Origin: a virus
Virus record (IMG/VR): IMGVR_UViG_3300030329_004888
Location: 5,508-69,507 of that record
DNA: 64,000 bases
Strand: one strand, 5' to 3'
Part shown: one piece after another, positions 46,619 through 56,709 of the stretch
Layout of the letters: each line of letters opens with the position of its first letter
Position numbering within the stretch: position 1 is the first letter of the stretch
The notes under the pieces: model-generated
Database searches by the model: none
Told to the model about the DNA's origin: nothing
The model's input: only the letters and a program-made list of their open reading frames with translations
Program-made: the position numbers and the translations under genes

Positions 46619-48717
46619 TTTTGATTCCTATCTGAGACAATGTCCTGTGAAATGTTCTGTGCCGCCGAACGCACCGCAGACTCTACGCCGCCGGTCGCCC
46701 TGGAGATAGTATTGGTCGCCCCGCCTTCATCGGAAACTGGAGACACCCTGCCACCACCGCCACCCGGAGGAGGAGCCGCTCTACCGCCGCCCGCCTTCTC
46801 CTGCAAAAATTGCTGGTGCTGCTGCATGTGCATCGCTCTCATCTGACCGACGACCTGCTGTAGCTGCGGCGGCAGTTGCAGGAACAGGGCCGATCCCTGC
46901 TCCAGTTGCTGATGAGTTTGCAGGTGCGCCTGATGATCGTCCTGCGGTTGGGCCGTGGCCGGTTTCGCCTGACCCGTCATTGCATACATAACCATCAGTT
47001 CGTTTTCGGTTTCTGCCGCCCGCATTGCATCCCAGCGCACCGACTGACCGATAAAGCGGTCTACGTTGGGCACCTTGAAGGCCCGCAGAAGCATCTTGAT
47101 CGATTCCATGCGTGGTATCTCAGGCATCTGAATCAGGTAATTGAAGAGCGCCAGCGTATCCTCGCGTTCCAACTGCTCAAACAGCGGTTTCATGGAACCG
47201 GCCTCGACCTGGACCTTGAAATGCATGTTCAGCATATCGGCCTGGACTGCCTCAAAGACCGGGTCGGTTTCCGATTCAGCAACATTGATTAAAAAGTTTT
47301 CCGGCGTATAGCGCACGTCAGACATAATCCGCAGGGTATTGTGAACGATGTTTGTATACAGATCCGCAACCTTGGACTGCATCCACTCCCTGTTCAGCTG
47401 TCCGAAAGAAGCCATGAGGCTGGCCTCAGTAGCCGTTCTCCGCGGTCCTCCTCCTGCCTGCAACTGACTGACGTTGAGAATCTGTTCTTCGTAATTGCGG
47501 AAATCTGCTTCAATGCCCAGTTGATCAGGAGGGGGATTGCCCTGCTGCAATTCGGCAAAGGAGTTGTGCACATCCTGCACCCATACCAAAGACAGATCCT
47601 TGCCGTCTTCTATGTCTTCTCCCAGTTGCGGATTTTCTTTCTGCTCGTCTTTGCGTCCCAGGATGATGCGTGTGCCCCGCTTCAGCAGGCCCGTGCGCCG
47701 GGACAATGATTCGACAATTCCCTTTTGCGTGTCTTCCGCATAGGCCATCATCGGCAGTCCGTACAGTTCATCGTGCGACAGATCAAACGCCAGTGTTGCA
47801 TAATTGAATCCGTTGCGAACCAGATAGCCGCCGGTAGGCGTAAACTCCCCGTTCAGGCGCTGTTCTCCGGTTATGGGATCTACCGCCATGCCCGATTCCC
47901 CGGCGAGGAACGGATGCGGCCTGTCTTCCAATGGCTGAGGAATGCCATCGGCAAACGTATACTGACGTTTGTGAATGCGGTCATGGACTTCGCGCAGAAT
48001 CACATACTTGCCCTGCGCCTTGGCGTCCCGGAACGCAGACTCCTCTTCTTCGGACCCGAAGTTGCGCTGCTGCATCTCTTCAAGGATCTCGTTCTCTGCG
48101 TCCTTTTCTCCCATCGGTTCAATGCGATTGACCAGATTCTGATCAAAGCGCCTGTCCTTCATTACAAATTCATACGGCACCACCATCTTCTCCCAGACAA
48201 ACCGTGCCTGCCCGAAGTCGTGCGGCGGCGTCAGCGGATCGGGGAAGAAGTTGAACGGCGATACTCTCTGCCAGCAGACCATGCCGTTCTGCATCGCGTC
48301 ATTAGCGACGTAGGGAGGCATTAAGTCGCTGTCTCCCACGGGGTTAACTCCGCACTTCAAAATTCCCATATAGCAATAGAGCGAATCAAAAATAGCCTGC
48401 TGTACGTGTGGTTTGACATCCATCATGGCTATCGCCTCGTTGGCCACCCGCTCGAGTATCTCTGCATTCAACTGGCGGTTGTTGTCATCCACGCGCATAA
48501 AGACTTTGGGATAATTAAAAGCAGTTGAGGTTATGATCAGACGGGTGAGCGGATAAAACCGCGACACCTTCTGCACCCTCGACTTCTTCATCCCGGCAAT
48601 GCGAAACTCCAATTTGTACAGACCGATCAAGCGTCGCCACAGTTCATGCTTGGGAGCCATGTACTGTTCGCAGGTCTTGAACGTTTTCTGCCAGAACTGG
48701 ACGTGTTCTTCTCTCAT
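46615..48717 (-). CDS. Portal protein
   Basis: Homolog of 12331-14454. Confidence 0.85.
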   Translation of the reverse strand: MREEHVQFWQKTFKTCEQYMAPKHELWRRLIGLYKLEFRIAGMKKSRVQKVSRFYPLTRLIITSTAFNYPKVFMRVDDNNRQLNAEILERVANEAIAMMDVKPHVQQAIFDSLYCYMGILKCGVNPVGDSDLMPPYVANDAMQNGMVCWQRVSPFNFFPDPLTPPHDFGQARFVWEKMVVPYEFVMKDRRFDQNLVNRIEPMGEKDAENEILEEMQQRNFGSEEEESAFRDAKAQGKYVILREVHDRIHKRQYTFADGIPQPLEDRPHPFLAGESGMAVDPITGEQRLNGEFTPTGGYLVRNGFNYATLAFDLSHDELYGLPMMAYAEDTQKGIVESLSRRTGLLKRGTRIILGRKDEQKENPQLGEDIEDGKDLSLVWVQDVHNSFAELQQGNPPPDQLGIEADFRNYEEQILNVSQLQAGGGPRRTATEASLMASFGQLNREWMQSKVADLYTNIVHNTLRIMSDVRYTPENFLINVAESETDPVFEAVQADMLNMHFKVQVEAGSMKPLFEQLEREDTLALFNYLIQMPEIPRMESIKMLLRAFKVPNVDRFIGQSVRWDAMRAAETENELMVMYAMTGQAKPATAQPQDDHQAHLQTHQQLEQGSALFLQLPPQLQQVVGQMRAMHMQQHQQFLQEKAGGGRAAPPPGGGGGRVSPVSDEGGATNTISRATGGVESAVRSAAQNISQDIVSDRNQN

Positions 48718-48718
48718 A

Positions 48719-50143
48719 TCAGTTCAATATGCTTTCTGCATGGGCTGTGCGTAAATCCTTTATGAGATTGGTGCCCAGGAACGGATCCTTGCGAACCACC
48801 GGGGCAGTTGGAGTAGGCTGATACACATGCATGATACCGTAACGGGCCGCATCGGCGGCATGGTCTTCACTCTTGGTGTCAAGATCTTCCGGGTTGGACT
48901 TGGACCGCGGCAATGTCGGCATGGTGCGAAGCAGGTTCGGACACCAGTCGGCAAAGGCATACAGTCGTTTATTGGTTAAAGCATCGTTGATAACGCGCCA
49001 GCCGGTAATGCGATCATTGTTGGCCTTGCTAAGAAACAGTCCCTGCTGTGAAAACACATCCGCAGGCGATTGACTGACCACTTCATGCAGTCGCCGCTTG
49101 ACCCACATACTGGGATCGGCATAGATAATGGACGGACGCCGTCCTCCTGTAAAGGGACAGGAACTGATGATCTTGTCGATTTCATAGGCATGAGTACTGG
49201 CTGCGGCCCCACCCATGTAATACTCGCTGATAAAATAGATCTGACCGTCGTAATCAACGGTTACCAGATAAAAGGCAGTAGGTGACGACTCCCCGTAATC
49301 CATGCACCCGAACAGGGGCCATGATTCAGGGATTTCAAATGAAGGCACGGCCACAGATGAATTCCAGGTGCCGAAGAACGCCCCCAGCGATACCTGCCAG
49401 TCTCCTTCCAGCCAGGCGCGAACCAACTCCGGATCCCCTACTGACTTAAGCCTGTCTATGTACAACGGGTCGTTTTTAAGCAGTATCTTGTTGTCGGACA
49501 ATAAGCTGCGTATCCACATGCGTGGCATGACCGACTGGGTGTCCCGAATGAGTTCCCCCTGGGGACCGGCGTCAATATAATATCGCTTTACTTCATTATG
49601 GCCAACGCCGCCGGGATTCCCCGTCGCCCTGATGCGCTTGCAGGGAATGTCCTCCGCGGAACGCAGGCAGGCCTTGAGTTTGTGATATGGTTTGAGATCA
49701 GGCCAGTTGGTCAACTCGTCAAACGAGATATGAGCATAGGAGTGGCCCTGATAATGATCGGCATCCCCTTCGGTTTCCATATGCCGCAACCGCAGAATGA
49801 CATGGCCGGTAGCATGGGGAATGCGGAATTCATGCACCCCTACCTTGTATTCGGTGCCGGGAAATGCCTTATATAGAACTTTTTTACCTTCTTCGACCAC
49901 TTCATCCAGTTCCGGATAGGTTTTACGGAAAATTATTCCCCTCCATGCCGTGCCATACTCCTGTACGTCCGCAGCAAAGTCGCCGATCAGAAAGGAAGTC
50001 TTCCCCCCACCACGAGCCCCACCAAAAAACAACTCAGGTACAAAAGAAGCACGAATAGCTTTTTCCTGGGGCCCCGGTTGAGGCATCCATTGATCGCGCT
50101 CTGCTCCCGGTGTCTTGGCGGCATTGTCGGATACTCTGGGCAT
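48719..50143 (-). CDS. terL: Terminase large subunit
   Basis: FGGARGGGKT, FDEL, ATGNPGG, MDYG, DHAADAARY. Confidence 0.93.
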   Translation of the reverse strand: MPRVSDNAAKTPGAERDQWMPQPGPQEKAIRASFVPELFFGGARGGGKTSFLIGDFAADVQEYGTAWRGIIFRKTYPELDEVVEEGKKVLYKAFPGTEYKVGVHEFRIPHATGHVILRLRHMETEGDADHYQGHSYAHISFDELTNWPDLKPYHKLKACLRSAEDIPCKRIRATGNPGGVGHNEVKRYYIDAGPQGELIRDTQSVMPRMWIRSLLSDNKILLKNDPLYIDRLKSVGDPELVRAWLEGDWQVSLGAFFGTWNSSVAVPSFEIPESWPLFGCMDYGESSPTAFYLVTVDYDGQIYFISEYYMGGAAASTHAYEIDKIISSCPFTGGRRPSIIYADPSMWVKRRLHEVVSQSPADVFSQQGLFLSKANNDRITGWRVINDALTNKRLYAFADWCPNLLRTMPTLPRSKSNPEDLDTKSEDHAADAARYGIMHVYQPTPTAPVVRKDPFLGTNLIKDLRTAHAESILN

Positions 50144-50146
50144 TGC

Positions 50147-50401
50147 CTACCCTCTGATACCGGCTAACTTCTCGTTAATGTCGTTAAAGGCGGTTTCAGA
50201 AAGCAATCGTGCCGGTATGCCGCCCGCCAGCATGGTAATCTGGGCCGCGTTGAGTAAATCCTGTGCTTCCGCGGCCAGATCCTTCGACTTGCCTTTCTGA
50301 ACTACAGTAGCAATAGCGCCACTGTCATCGACTTCCACTACTTCTGAGGCAGCAGGCTTGCTTGCCGCTTTCTTTTTAGCAGGAGCTTTTTTCTTTGCCA
50401 T
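50147..50401 (-). CDS. Small Lys/Ala-rich protein
   Basis: MAKKKAPAKKKAASK; ggag RBS. Confidence 0.65.
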   Translation of the reverse strand: MAKKKAPAKKKAASKPAASEVVEVDDSGAIATVVQKGKSKDLAAEAQDLLNAAQITMLAGGIPARLLSETAFNDINEKLAGIRG

Positions 50402-50415
50402 TCTAATTTCTCCCT

Positions 50416-50898
50416 TTATCCTGAAACGACCTCTGCCTCAACCGGCACGGCCTGTTCCATCTGTTCGTTCTGCTTGAGCCATTCGTCGTAACTGGCTGCC
50501 CGTGGAGGCACCCTGACACCGACATCGCCGGTATGATGATGCTCATGTTCCACGACCATGCGGTCATCCCCTACTTCCTGACGGATGGCCTGCAATACTT
50601 TTACTTTGAGATTGACGTTGGGCCGCTCGGCATTCTTGAGATCGTTGTACAGAGACTGCAATTCGATGACGCGCTCTTTGCGATGCGCCAGCGGCACGTC
50701 TTTGAAGTTCGCTCTCCATAAGTCCAGCCTGCGGTGGTACTCTTCGATGAAATCCGGATCCCGACGCCAGCGATTGATCCGCTGTCGGGTTACCCCCAGG
50801 ATTTCGGCAATCTCTGCGGATACGTCGCCGCCTCCCCAACGCTCCAGAACCAGCAGGTCCATGGCCTTGGTATGGAGGGGAATGATCTTCACGGACAA
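50416..50898 (-). CDS. terS: Terminase small subunit-like HTH protein
   Basis: AEIAEILGVTRQRINRWRRDPDF; PLAHRKERV; upstream of terL. Confidence 0.65.
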   Translation of the reverse strand: MSVKIIPLHTKAMDLLVLERWGGGDVSAEIAEILGVTRQRINRWRRDPDFIEEYHRRLDLWRANFKDVPLAHRKERVIELQSLYNDLKNAERPNVNLKVKVLQAIRQEVGDDRMVVEHEHHHTGDVGVRVPPRAASYDEWLKQNEQMEQAVPVEAEVVSG

Positions 50899-50912
50899 GT
50901 CCTCCGGGACGC

Positions 50913-51251
50913 TTATACTAAGGCGCTTGCCGGAGAAGGCCTTTCAGGAGCGCCGTTTCCAAGAGGAGAAGCTCCCGTCTGACCCATGTCAGGGCCAAGT
51001 CCTCCAGGGCCCTCGGGGCCACCGCCCTGCTGTTTCAGCAAAAGAAGCATCAACGGCAGCAGTTTCTGTATGTCCATGTCGCCCATCGATCCTCCTGCCT
51101 GCCCGCCGAACAAGGCCTTCAACTGCTGTAATAAACCGGAAACGTCCCCTCCGGGAGGGCCTGCTCCTGGTCCGGGAGCGGAACGAGCCGCATCTGCCTG
51201 TGCTTCCCCTTCAGGGGTGTAAGGAAATTCCTGTCCGTTTACCATTGGCAT
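50913..51251 (-). CDS. Gly/Pro-rich hypothetical protein
   Basis: MPMVNGQEFPYTPEG N-terminus. Confidence 0.6.
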   Translation of the reverse strand: MPMVNGQEFPYTPEGEAQADAARSAPGPGAGPPGGDVSGLLQQLKALFGGQAGGSMGDMDIQKLLPLMLLLLKQQGGGPEGPGGLGPDMGQTGASPLGNGAPERPSPASALV

Positions 51252-51292
51252 AATTCAAATCTCTTTGTTGGATGTGTGGAGCATTGCAGACT

Positions 51293-51934
51293 CTATCTGT
51301 TGAAGCGGTCGAATGTCGGAGCCTGACTGCGGTAATTGACAGGAGTCGGGTCGTCCCTTCTCAAGCCACCGCCGTATCTTCGCAGAACGTCCGCAGGATC
51401 TCCGCGGTTGACAGAGCGTCCTTCCAGCATCTTTCGGGCCAGTGCCCTGGCGTGATCCTGTTCCCCTTCGCGTTGGGCAAATTCATTTGGGCCCCGTCGC
51501 CCAAGTCCAAATCCCTGGGTGCCCCTGTACGTGCGCCTGGGCCGCATCCCACCTCTTCCATACGTCGTTCCACCCGCTCTTTGATAAAGGGTGTCCATGG
51601 GAGTTTCTCTGGCAATGTCCATGGCCCTTTGGGCCCGACCCTGATCAGTGGTGGGCCTTGGTCCGAAATCTCTTACGTGCCTTTGAATTGGTGAAAACCC
51701 CGACCCGGACTCCTGGGCCGTAATATCTGTAATTCCCTTGCGACGCGCCCCCTGCATGGCCAGCGTCTTAAGTAGTTTTGAGATGTTTTCCAGCGATACG
51801 TCCCCTCGTCCCGCCATATCAGCGGCGTTGAGGGCAGCCTGTTGGTAAGGAGCCCCCTCGCCTACGATATTTCGAGTTCCCCATACGCTTGGTTTTATAC
51901 CAGGTATTCCAGTGATTGTTCTTGTTTCGGCCAT
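51293..51934 (-). CDS. Hypothetical protein (first late gene)
   Basis: aaggag RBS. Confidence 0.6.
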   Translation of the reverse strand: MAETRTITGIPGIKPSVWGTRNIVGEGAPYQQAALNAADMAGRGDVSLENISKLLKTLAMQGARRKGITDITAQESGSGFSPIQRHVRDFGPRPTTDQGRAQRAMDIARETPMDTLYQRAGGTTYGRGGMRPRRTYRGTQGFGLGRRGPNEFAQREGEQDHARALARKMLEGRSVNRGDPADVLRRYGGGLRRDDPTPVNYRSQAPTFDRFNR

Positions 51935-51961
51935 TGATTACCACTCCTTGGTTTGCATATA

Positions 51962-52028
51962 TAAAAAGGCCACAAAGACACCTGTCCGAACCATCTCCCG
52001 TCTGACAAGTAACCTCTGTGACCTTTTA
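51962..52028 (-). terminator. Long stem-loop plus U-run in the late leader (possible attenuator)
   Basis: aaaaggtcacagag...ctttgtggccttttt on the minus strand. Confidence 0.45.
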
Positions 52029-52432
52029 ATCTCCCGTTGTCGAAACCATCTCTCGTCTACTGCCTATGCTTCCCCCGAGTATGGGCAGTTCCTCCAGACC
52101 ATAGTTTTCGACCCCTACAGCATACCAAAAGGGAATTTTATTGTCAAGTATTATTATTTGGCTGTAAATACCATGAGGGTGAGAGTGGTGATAATATTTG
52201 GGGTGTATAGCCAGGGCCCGGGTGTTCCCCTGTCGGGTTCACCTTCGGTGAATGCAAAACCATAAAATTGCTCCGGCTCCTAGCTACTGCCCACATGAGC
52301 ACTGCTAATTCAAGCACTACTGCCCTAATGGGCATCATTGAATGCCTATTGGATATGGTTGGTAGTAGGCAAATAATTTGCCCAATGTGTGGGTTATCTT
52401 GCCTAATGTGTGGGTTGTTGTGGTTGCTTGGG

Positions 52433-52691
52433 TAGGCCTTGGGTAGGTCTGAATTGATAGGCCTATAGGTACAACCATAGGCCTATTGGTTAGATGATTA
52501 GATATGTCTAATTAGTAATACTAATACCCCATCTAATCCTATTCCTATAGCGCCCATACCTATAGGCCTATTAGGTACCTATATAGGTACCTATAGGTAC
52601 TGCTGTTCATATAGGCCTATCTAATAGGCCTATACAAAACAAATAATTAAGTACATAAAAATAGGCCTATAGGATAATCCTATAGGCCTAT
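52433..52691. repeat. Array of palindromes ATAGGCCTAT (x7) and TAGGTACCTA (x2)
   Basis: Copies at 52457, 52477, 52562, 52611, 52624, 52661, 52682; the last two form a terminator-like hairpin. Confidence 0.85.
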
Positions 52692-52866
52692 CGGTTAAAG
52701 GTTAGTAGGCGTGTTACCAGTTAAACACCATTTCCAACAAGACGACCACTAGAGCGCCATTGAGCGTATACAAGACAATCCCGCAAATATGCATATTATC
52801 TATTCTCCCGTTGTAATCTCCAAAGGCCATAGGCCACACCAAACGCAAGTATCAACAGATCTAATA

Positions 52867-53610
52867 TCATGACACCATACCATCAACAACAAAACCGGTA
52901 GTGTCTTTTTTTGCCTTGCCTTTGGCTAACAGGCCTACAACCACGCCTTGACGGTCTAACATGCGCGCATCATGAGAGTCGCCATCTATAACGTCATGAC
53001 CACGAAAGAAGGGAGGTAACGTCTTGCGGAATACTACCGCCACATTACGACCCTTCCGTAACCATTCCTTGCAATCTTGCCAATTGTCGCCTTGCGTGGT
53101 CTCGTATCGCGATAGCGTCAAGTGATAGTTATCACGATCCATCTTATACAATCTTGACGCATTTTTCGTGTAGTCGTAAAACTGCACGTTTGGGAATATG
53201 TCAAGTATGGTTTTGCCACAACAGGCAATGTCAAAAGTGATAGATTCCCAAGGCAAATCGCTTGTACCGTTTAGCCGTATAGCTGGCACAAGGTTCTTAC
53301 TTGCTGCCTTCGTTACTACCTTCAAAATATCTTTATAGAGCAATTCTCCAAACTGTTCTTGGTTCTGAAAAAATAATACCGTTCTTGCTATTCGTGCTTG
53401 CTGTATAGCGTTTGTCTTTTCTCCACGTTTTACGATACCAGCACGCCCCGCACTATTCAGACAAGCTTTGCGACAACCAGACGTAGAAAATTGACAGACA
53501 TTATAGCTGGACAAATTTGCTGGCGCTAAGTGTAGGATACCCGTTTCGTATCCAGCTAGGATACTCTTAGCCGTTTTCGGGTTGTGTGTGCTTTCGGTTA
53601 ATAGTTTCAC
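52867..53610 (-). CDS. Gp88-like phage protein
   Basis: LAPA..VC...GCRKACL, RLNGTSD, QFYDYTK, DGDSHD.R, TTGFVV. Confidence 0.8.
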   Translation of the reverse strand: MKLLTESTHNPKTAKSILAGYETGILHLAPANLSSYNVCQFSTSGCRKACLNSAGRAGIVKRGEKTNAIQQARIARTVLFFQNQEQFGELLYKDILKVVTKAASKNLVPAIRLNGTSDLPWESITFDIACCGKTILDIFPNVQFYDYTKNASRLYKMDRDNYHLTLSRYETTQGDNWQDCKEWLRKGRNVAVVFRKTLPPFFRGHDVIDGDSHDARMLDRQGVVVGLLAKGKAKKDTTGFVVDGMVS

Positions 53611-53612
53611 GG

Positions 53613-54053
53613 TTAGTCCATCCTTGATAGGTAGTACGCGTCTTCAATGCCACAGTGTTGCAAGTGTTCAACGCAGGCCTTAGCCCAAACTTCTTTAGGC
53701 TCTAACGACTGCCCAAACATATCAACACTGTAGTAATTCCCTCCACGGTAGCTATCGCGTTTCATAATGCCCGAACGTTTCATCGCTCGCCCAAATGCCG
53801 TATTGCCTTTGACGTGCACGGTAGCGAACCCACAGCAACCTTGCTCAATAGCAAACCTTTGGCCTGTCATTGTATCAATGGCACTAATCGGAGTAGGTAC
53901 AACGTCTTTAGTCGCTATAGATGCGTACTCTATAGCATCATTCCAAATTTCGATATGTCGCATATCACTAATTGGGAATGTCGCTACTCTCTGCCTTGCC
54001 TGTAACCATTGTTCTTCATTCACCATCAGGCGTTCTGGGTCTAATCGTTCCAT
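53613..54053 (-). CDS. Conserved phage protein (CGFA...SRMD type)
   Basis: GCCGFATV, QSLEPKE, YLSRMD; ggag upstream of ATG 54053. Confidence 0.65.
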   Translation of the reverse strand: MERLDPERLMVNEEQWLQARQRVATFPISDMRHIEIWNDAIEYASIATKDVVPTPISAIDTMTGQRFAIEQGCCGFATVHVKGNTAFGRAMKRSGIMKRDSYRGGNYYSVDMFGQSLEPKEVWAKACVEHLQHCGIEDAYYLSRMD

Positions 54054-54113
54054 CTTTCCAACTCTCCAATTTTTGGTGACACCATTGTCACTACCAATAA
54101 AGATACTACAAAC

Positions 54114-54398
54114 ACTGCATATAATACAGTATATATATGAATTTATTTTATGTGGTTTTATACTGCCCATCTTTTCACTGCCCACATAAACCAGTGCACG
54201 AACAAACCAGTGCCCACTTGGGCACCTGGGCCCACGCGAGCCGGTCGTGCGTGTTGTCATGATTTTTTATATGAATTTTGGATGGCGTTGAAATCCGGGG
54301 AAAATTGGAAAAGTTGGATGGTCTGCATAATGGGGGAAAATTGCACCACTCAAATAATCCTTGCATGGACATCCTCCATACTGTATCTTATGCAGTGC
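54114..54398. promoter_or_regulatory. Divergent promoters with inverted ACTGCAT-N4-TACAGTAT sites
   Basis: actgcatataatacagtat (~54114) and atactgtatcttatgcagt (~54379); TTGCAT-17-TATCTT. Confidence 0.6.
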
Positions 54399-54436
54399 TG
54401 ATGAGAATACCCTCATCACGACTTAGGAGAGTCAAC

Positions 54437-54805
54437 ATGCCACACCATGGATGTCAGTCCTCACAGGATAGAATTTTAGGTAGTCTCATAGACTCGATTC
54501 GCGCCGTAAATCTGCAATGCACTATCGACCGCGCACCGACTGACCAACACTCAGCCCGTTACCTGTTACGAATCGAAACAAGAGCAGGAGTCGCAGAAGA
54601 ATTAGAAACGGAGATCGGGCAGATCGAGCTTGAGTTCCATTTCAAGGGATTCACCGTCACCCCAACCCAGAACCTGCTCCGACTACTCCCCCACGACTAC
54701 ACGGAGAGTGGGCGATCTCAGACGCTACTAAGCACTGAGGAGCGCAGTGAATTTCTCGCTGAGGCACAGCGTCTGATGGAAGATCTTAGCGAGGGGGCCT
54801 ACTAA
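54437..54805 (+). CDS. Hypothetical early protein
   Basis: aggag RBS before ATG 54437. Confidence 0.6.
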   Translation: MPHHGCQSSQDRILGSLIDSIRAVNLQCTIDRAPTDQHSARYLLRIETRAGVAEELETEIGQIELEFHFKGFTVTPTQNLLRLLPHDYTESGRSQTLLSTEERSEFLAEAQRLMEDLSEGAY

Positions 54806-54807
54806 CC

Positions 54808-55572
54808 ATGGACAAATTCAGACCAATGCCAATGGGGTGGGCACGTCCTCCATCATCCAAACGAGTCATCTTGTCCTTGTGCGATCATACTGGTATGTGG
54901 GCTTCTCCTTATGTGAGTGACAGAAACGAGACGATCTTCGATTCGGACGGGAATCTCGAAGAGAGAGTCAGTCGCTATCATGTCTATCTCATCGACGTCA
55001 AGATGCCGGTGAAACCAGACTACCTTCCCGATGATCTATGGATCGATGAAAACGACCACGATAATGTCACACGAGTCCAGATGGATGTGAGAGATGTGGA
55101 AATGTGGATGGAAACCCATCTTGAGTGCCGTCCGTGGGGCGTACTGGCGGCTCCACCCTGCACGGATTTCAGTGGATCTGGTGCCCGTTGGTGGGCCGAA
55201 AAGGACGCCGATGGCCGCACTGATTTATCTGTCTCCATAGCCCAGTCCTGCGTCCGCGTTGGCAGGCTCAGTACCAAGTGGTGGGCCTTGGAGAATCCGG
55301 TAGGCAGATTAAATCGGTGGTTGGGCAAACCCAAGATGTATTTTCACCCCTACCATTACGGCGACCCCCATTCCAAAAAGACCGCATTGTGGGGCGACTT
55401 CAACACCGACCTCAAACGGCAATGCGTTGAACCAGTCATGTACACCACCAAGGGCGGCAAAAAGGGCAGTTACAGTTGGGCCAAATACGGTGGTAGGGGC
55501 GAGAAGACCAAGACGATGAGAAGCATTACCCCCAGTGGTTTTGCACGGGCCTTCAAGGCGGTGAACCCATGA
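54808..55572 (+). CDS. Short C5-cytosine methyltransferase-like protein
   Basis: LSLCDHTG, AAPPCTDFS, ENPVGRL, KKTALWG, RSITPSGFARAF. Confidence 0.75.
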   Translation: MDKFRPMPMGWARPPSSKRVILSLCDHTGMWASPYVSDRNETIFDSDGNLEERVSRYHVYLIDVKMPVKPDYLPDDLWIDENDHDNVTRVQMDVRDVEMWMETHLECRPWGVLAAPPCTDFSGSGARWWAEKDADGRTDLSVSIAQSCVRVGRLSTKWWALENPVGRLNRWLGKPKMYFHPYHYGDPHSKKTALWGDFNTDLKRQCVEPVMYTTKGGKKGSYSWAKYGGRGEKTKTMRSITPSGFARAFKAVNP

Positions 55573-55742
55573 AGGACAAAGTCAAGCTGGTCCGGCAATT
55601 GCACGATGACAGCACACCATATGAGATTGAGGCTGGCGATGACGAGATGCACATCGTCTACCGCCACTGGGGCCCAGAAGGACAGCGTATGGAGACCACG
55701 CTCATCGTCACCGACATCATCGAGGACGAGTTAGACCATTAA
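55569..55742 (+). CDS. 57-aa protein with HWGPEGQRMETTL motif
   Basis: ATGA-coupled; homolog of 21311-21601. Confidence 0.75.
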   Translation: MKDKVKLVRQLHDDSTPYEIEAGDDEMHIVYRHWGPEGQRMETTLIVTDIIEDELDH

Positions 55743-55754
55743 CAGGAGATCATT

Positions 55755-55919
55755 ATGCGTAAAACATTTTTGGACATCGACGATTATCCAACCAAAGAAG
55801 ACGCAGAAGCAGAGTGCCCATGGGCCTGTGCCGTTGAGCCAGCAGAGGGCAGTTGGGCTTGCTTTGAGTCAGCCACAGATTGGGAGTTGTGGACAAAAGA
55901 ACTCATCCCCATGGACTAA
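55755..55919 (+). CDS. 54-aa acidic protein
   Basis: aggag RBS; CPWA...FES..DW. Confidence 0.6.
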   Translation: MRKTFLDIDDYPTKEDAEAECPWACAVEPAEGSWACFESATDWELWTKELIPMD

Positions 55920-56016
55920 GCAATAGCCGATAACGCCCCTTCGGGGGCGTCTGGTTGGGACTGATCGCCCAATCACTGACGAGGCAGATCCTCGCACACA
56001 ACAGGAGAGTTGAGAG

Positions 56017-56322
56017 ATGACAGAACAGAACAGCACCCAATCCGTTGCCGTCAACGAGGACGAGGATTTCGAGACCCGGTACTGGCTCAAGCAGATCCAG
56101 CCGCTGATCGGCAAAGGAGTTATCGTTGGGCTGGCCGTAGACGACAGCGGCAAGTACGAAGAATTCGGGATGGGTGAGACCCTCTACGGTATCAAGGTTA
56201 GAACTGGAAAGAAGGGTAGCAAGGCTGAGAATCAATATGTGATCTGGATTTTAAGAGACGAGGAAGGGAATGGGGCTGGGGCAATCGACGTGCAGGGAAT
56301 CAGCGAGGAGGACGAGCAATAA
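56017..56322 (+). CDS. Hypothetical acidic protein
   Basis: aggag RBS. Confidence 0.65.
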   Translation: MTEQNSTQSVAVNEDEDFETRYWLKQIQPLIGKGVIVGLAVDDSGKYEEFGMGETLYGIKVRTGKKGSKAENQYVIWILRDEEGNGAGAIDVQGISEEDEQ

Positions 56323-56651
56323 TGCACGATCCAGTAGAATCAGCACTCAATTACGAGTCAGACAAACAGGCAGCATGGGAGAGGGAATTGATGGAGCGGC
56401 ACGGCGTCGAACGCACCGGTGAGGAATGGCAGGGCCTCACGGGAGCAGAGGTGCGCCAGTGCCGCCAGCATATGCAGTTGACGGCATCGGCGTTGGCAGA
56501 TCAGTGCGGCACCAAGTGGAGGACTGTCTGGAATTGGGAGAAAAACGGCGTGAAAGGCCCTGCCGCCAAGCTCATCGAACTATTGGTGAGGTTGCACGAT
56601 CTGAAGCTTTCTTATACATTGGACGATACCGACTCTCCTAAGACGAGGTAA
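56322..56651 (+). CDS. XRE-type HTH protein
   Basis: LTASALADQCGTKWRTVWNWEKNG. Confidence 0.75.
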   Translation: MHDPVESALNYESDKQAAWERELMERHGVERTGEEWQGLTGAEVRQCRQHMQLTASALADQCGTKWRTVWNWEKNGVKGPAAKLIELLVRLHDLKLSYTLDDTDSPKTR

Positions 56652-56670
56652 TTCTCGTTAGTTGGTATAT

Positions 56671-56709
56671 ACCCCCCATCCTCGCATAACGCAGGGATGG
56701 GGGGTTTTG
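56671..56709 (+). terminator. Rho-independent terminator between convergent genes
   Basis: accccccatcc...ggatggggggttttg. Confidence 0.7.

Noticed and set aside
52433-52691. Palindrome array as a mini-CRISPR
   Set aside because: Units are 10 bp with irregular 3-75 bp gaps
54114-54398. E. coli-type LexA boxes
   Set aside because: CTG-N9-CAG is one base short of CTG-N10-CAG; kept as a generic operator
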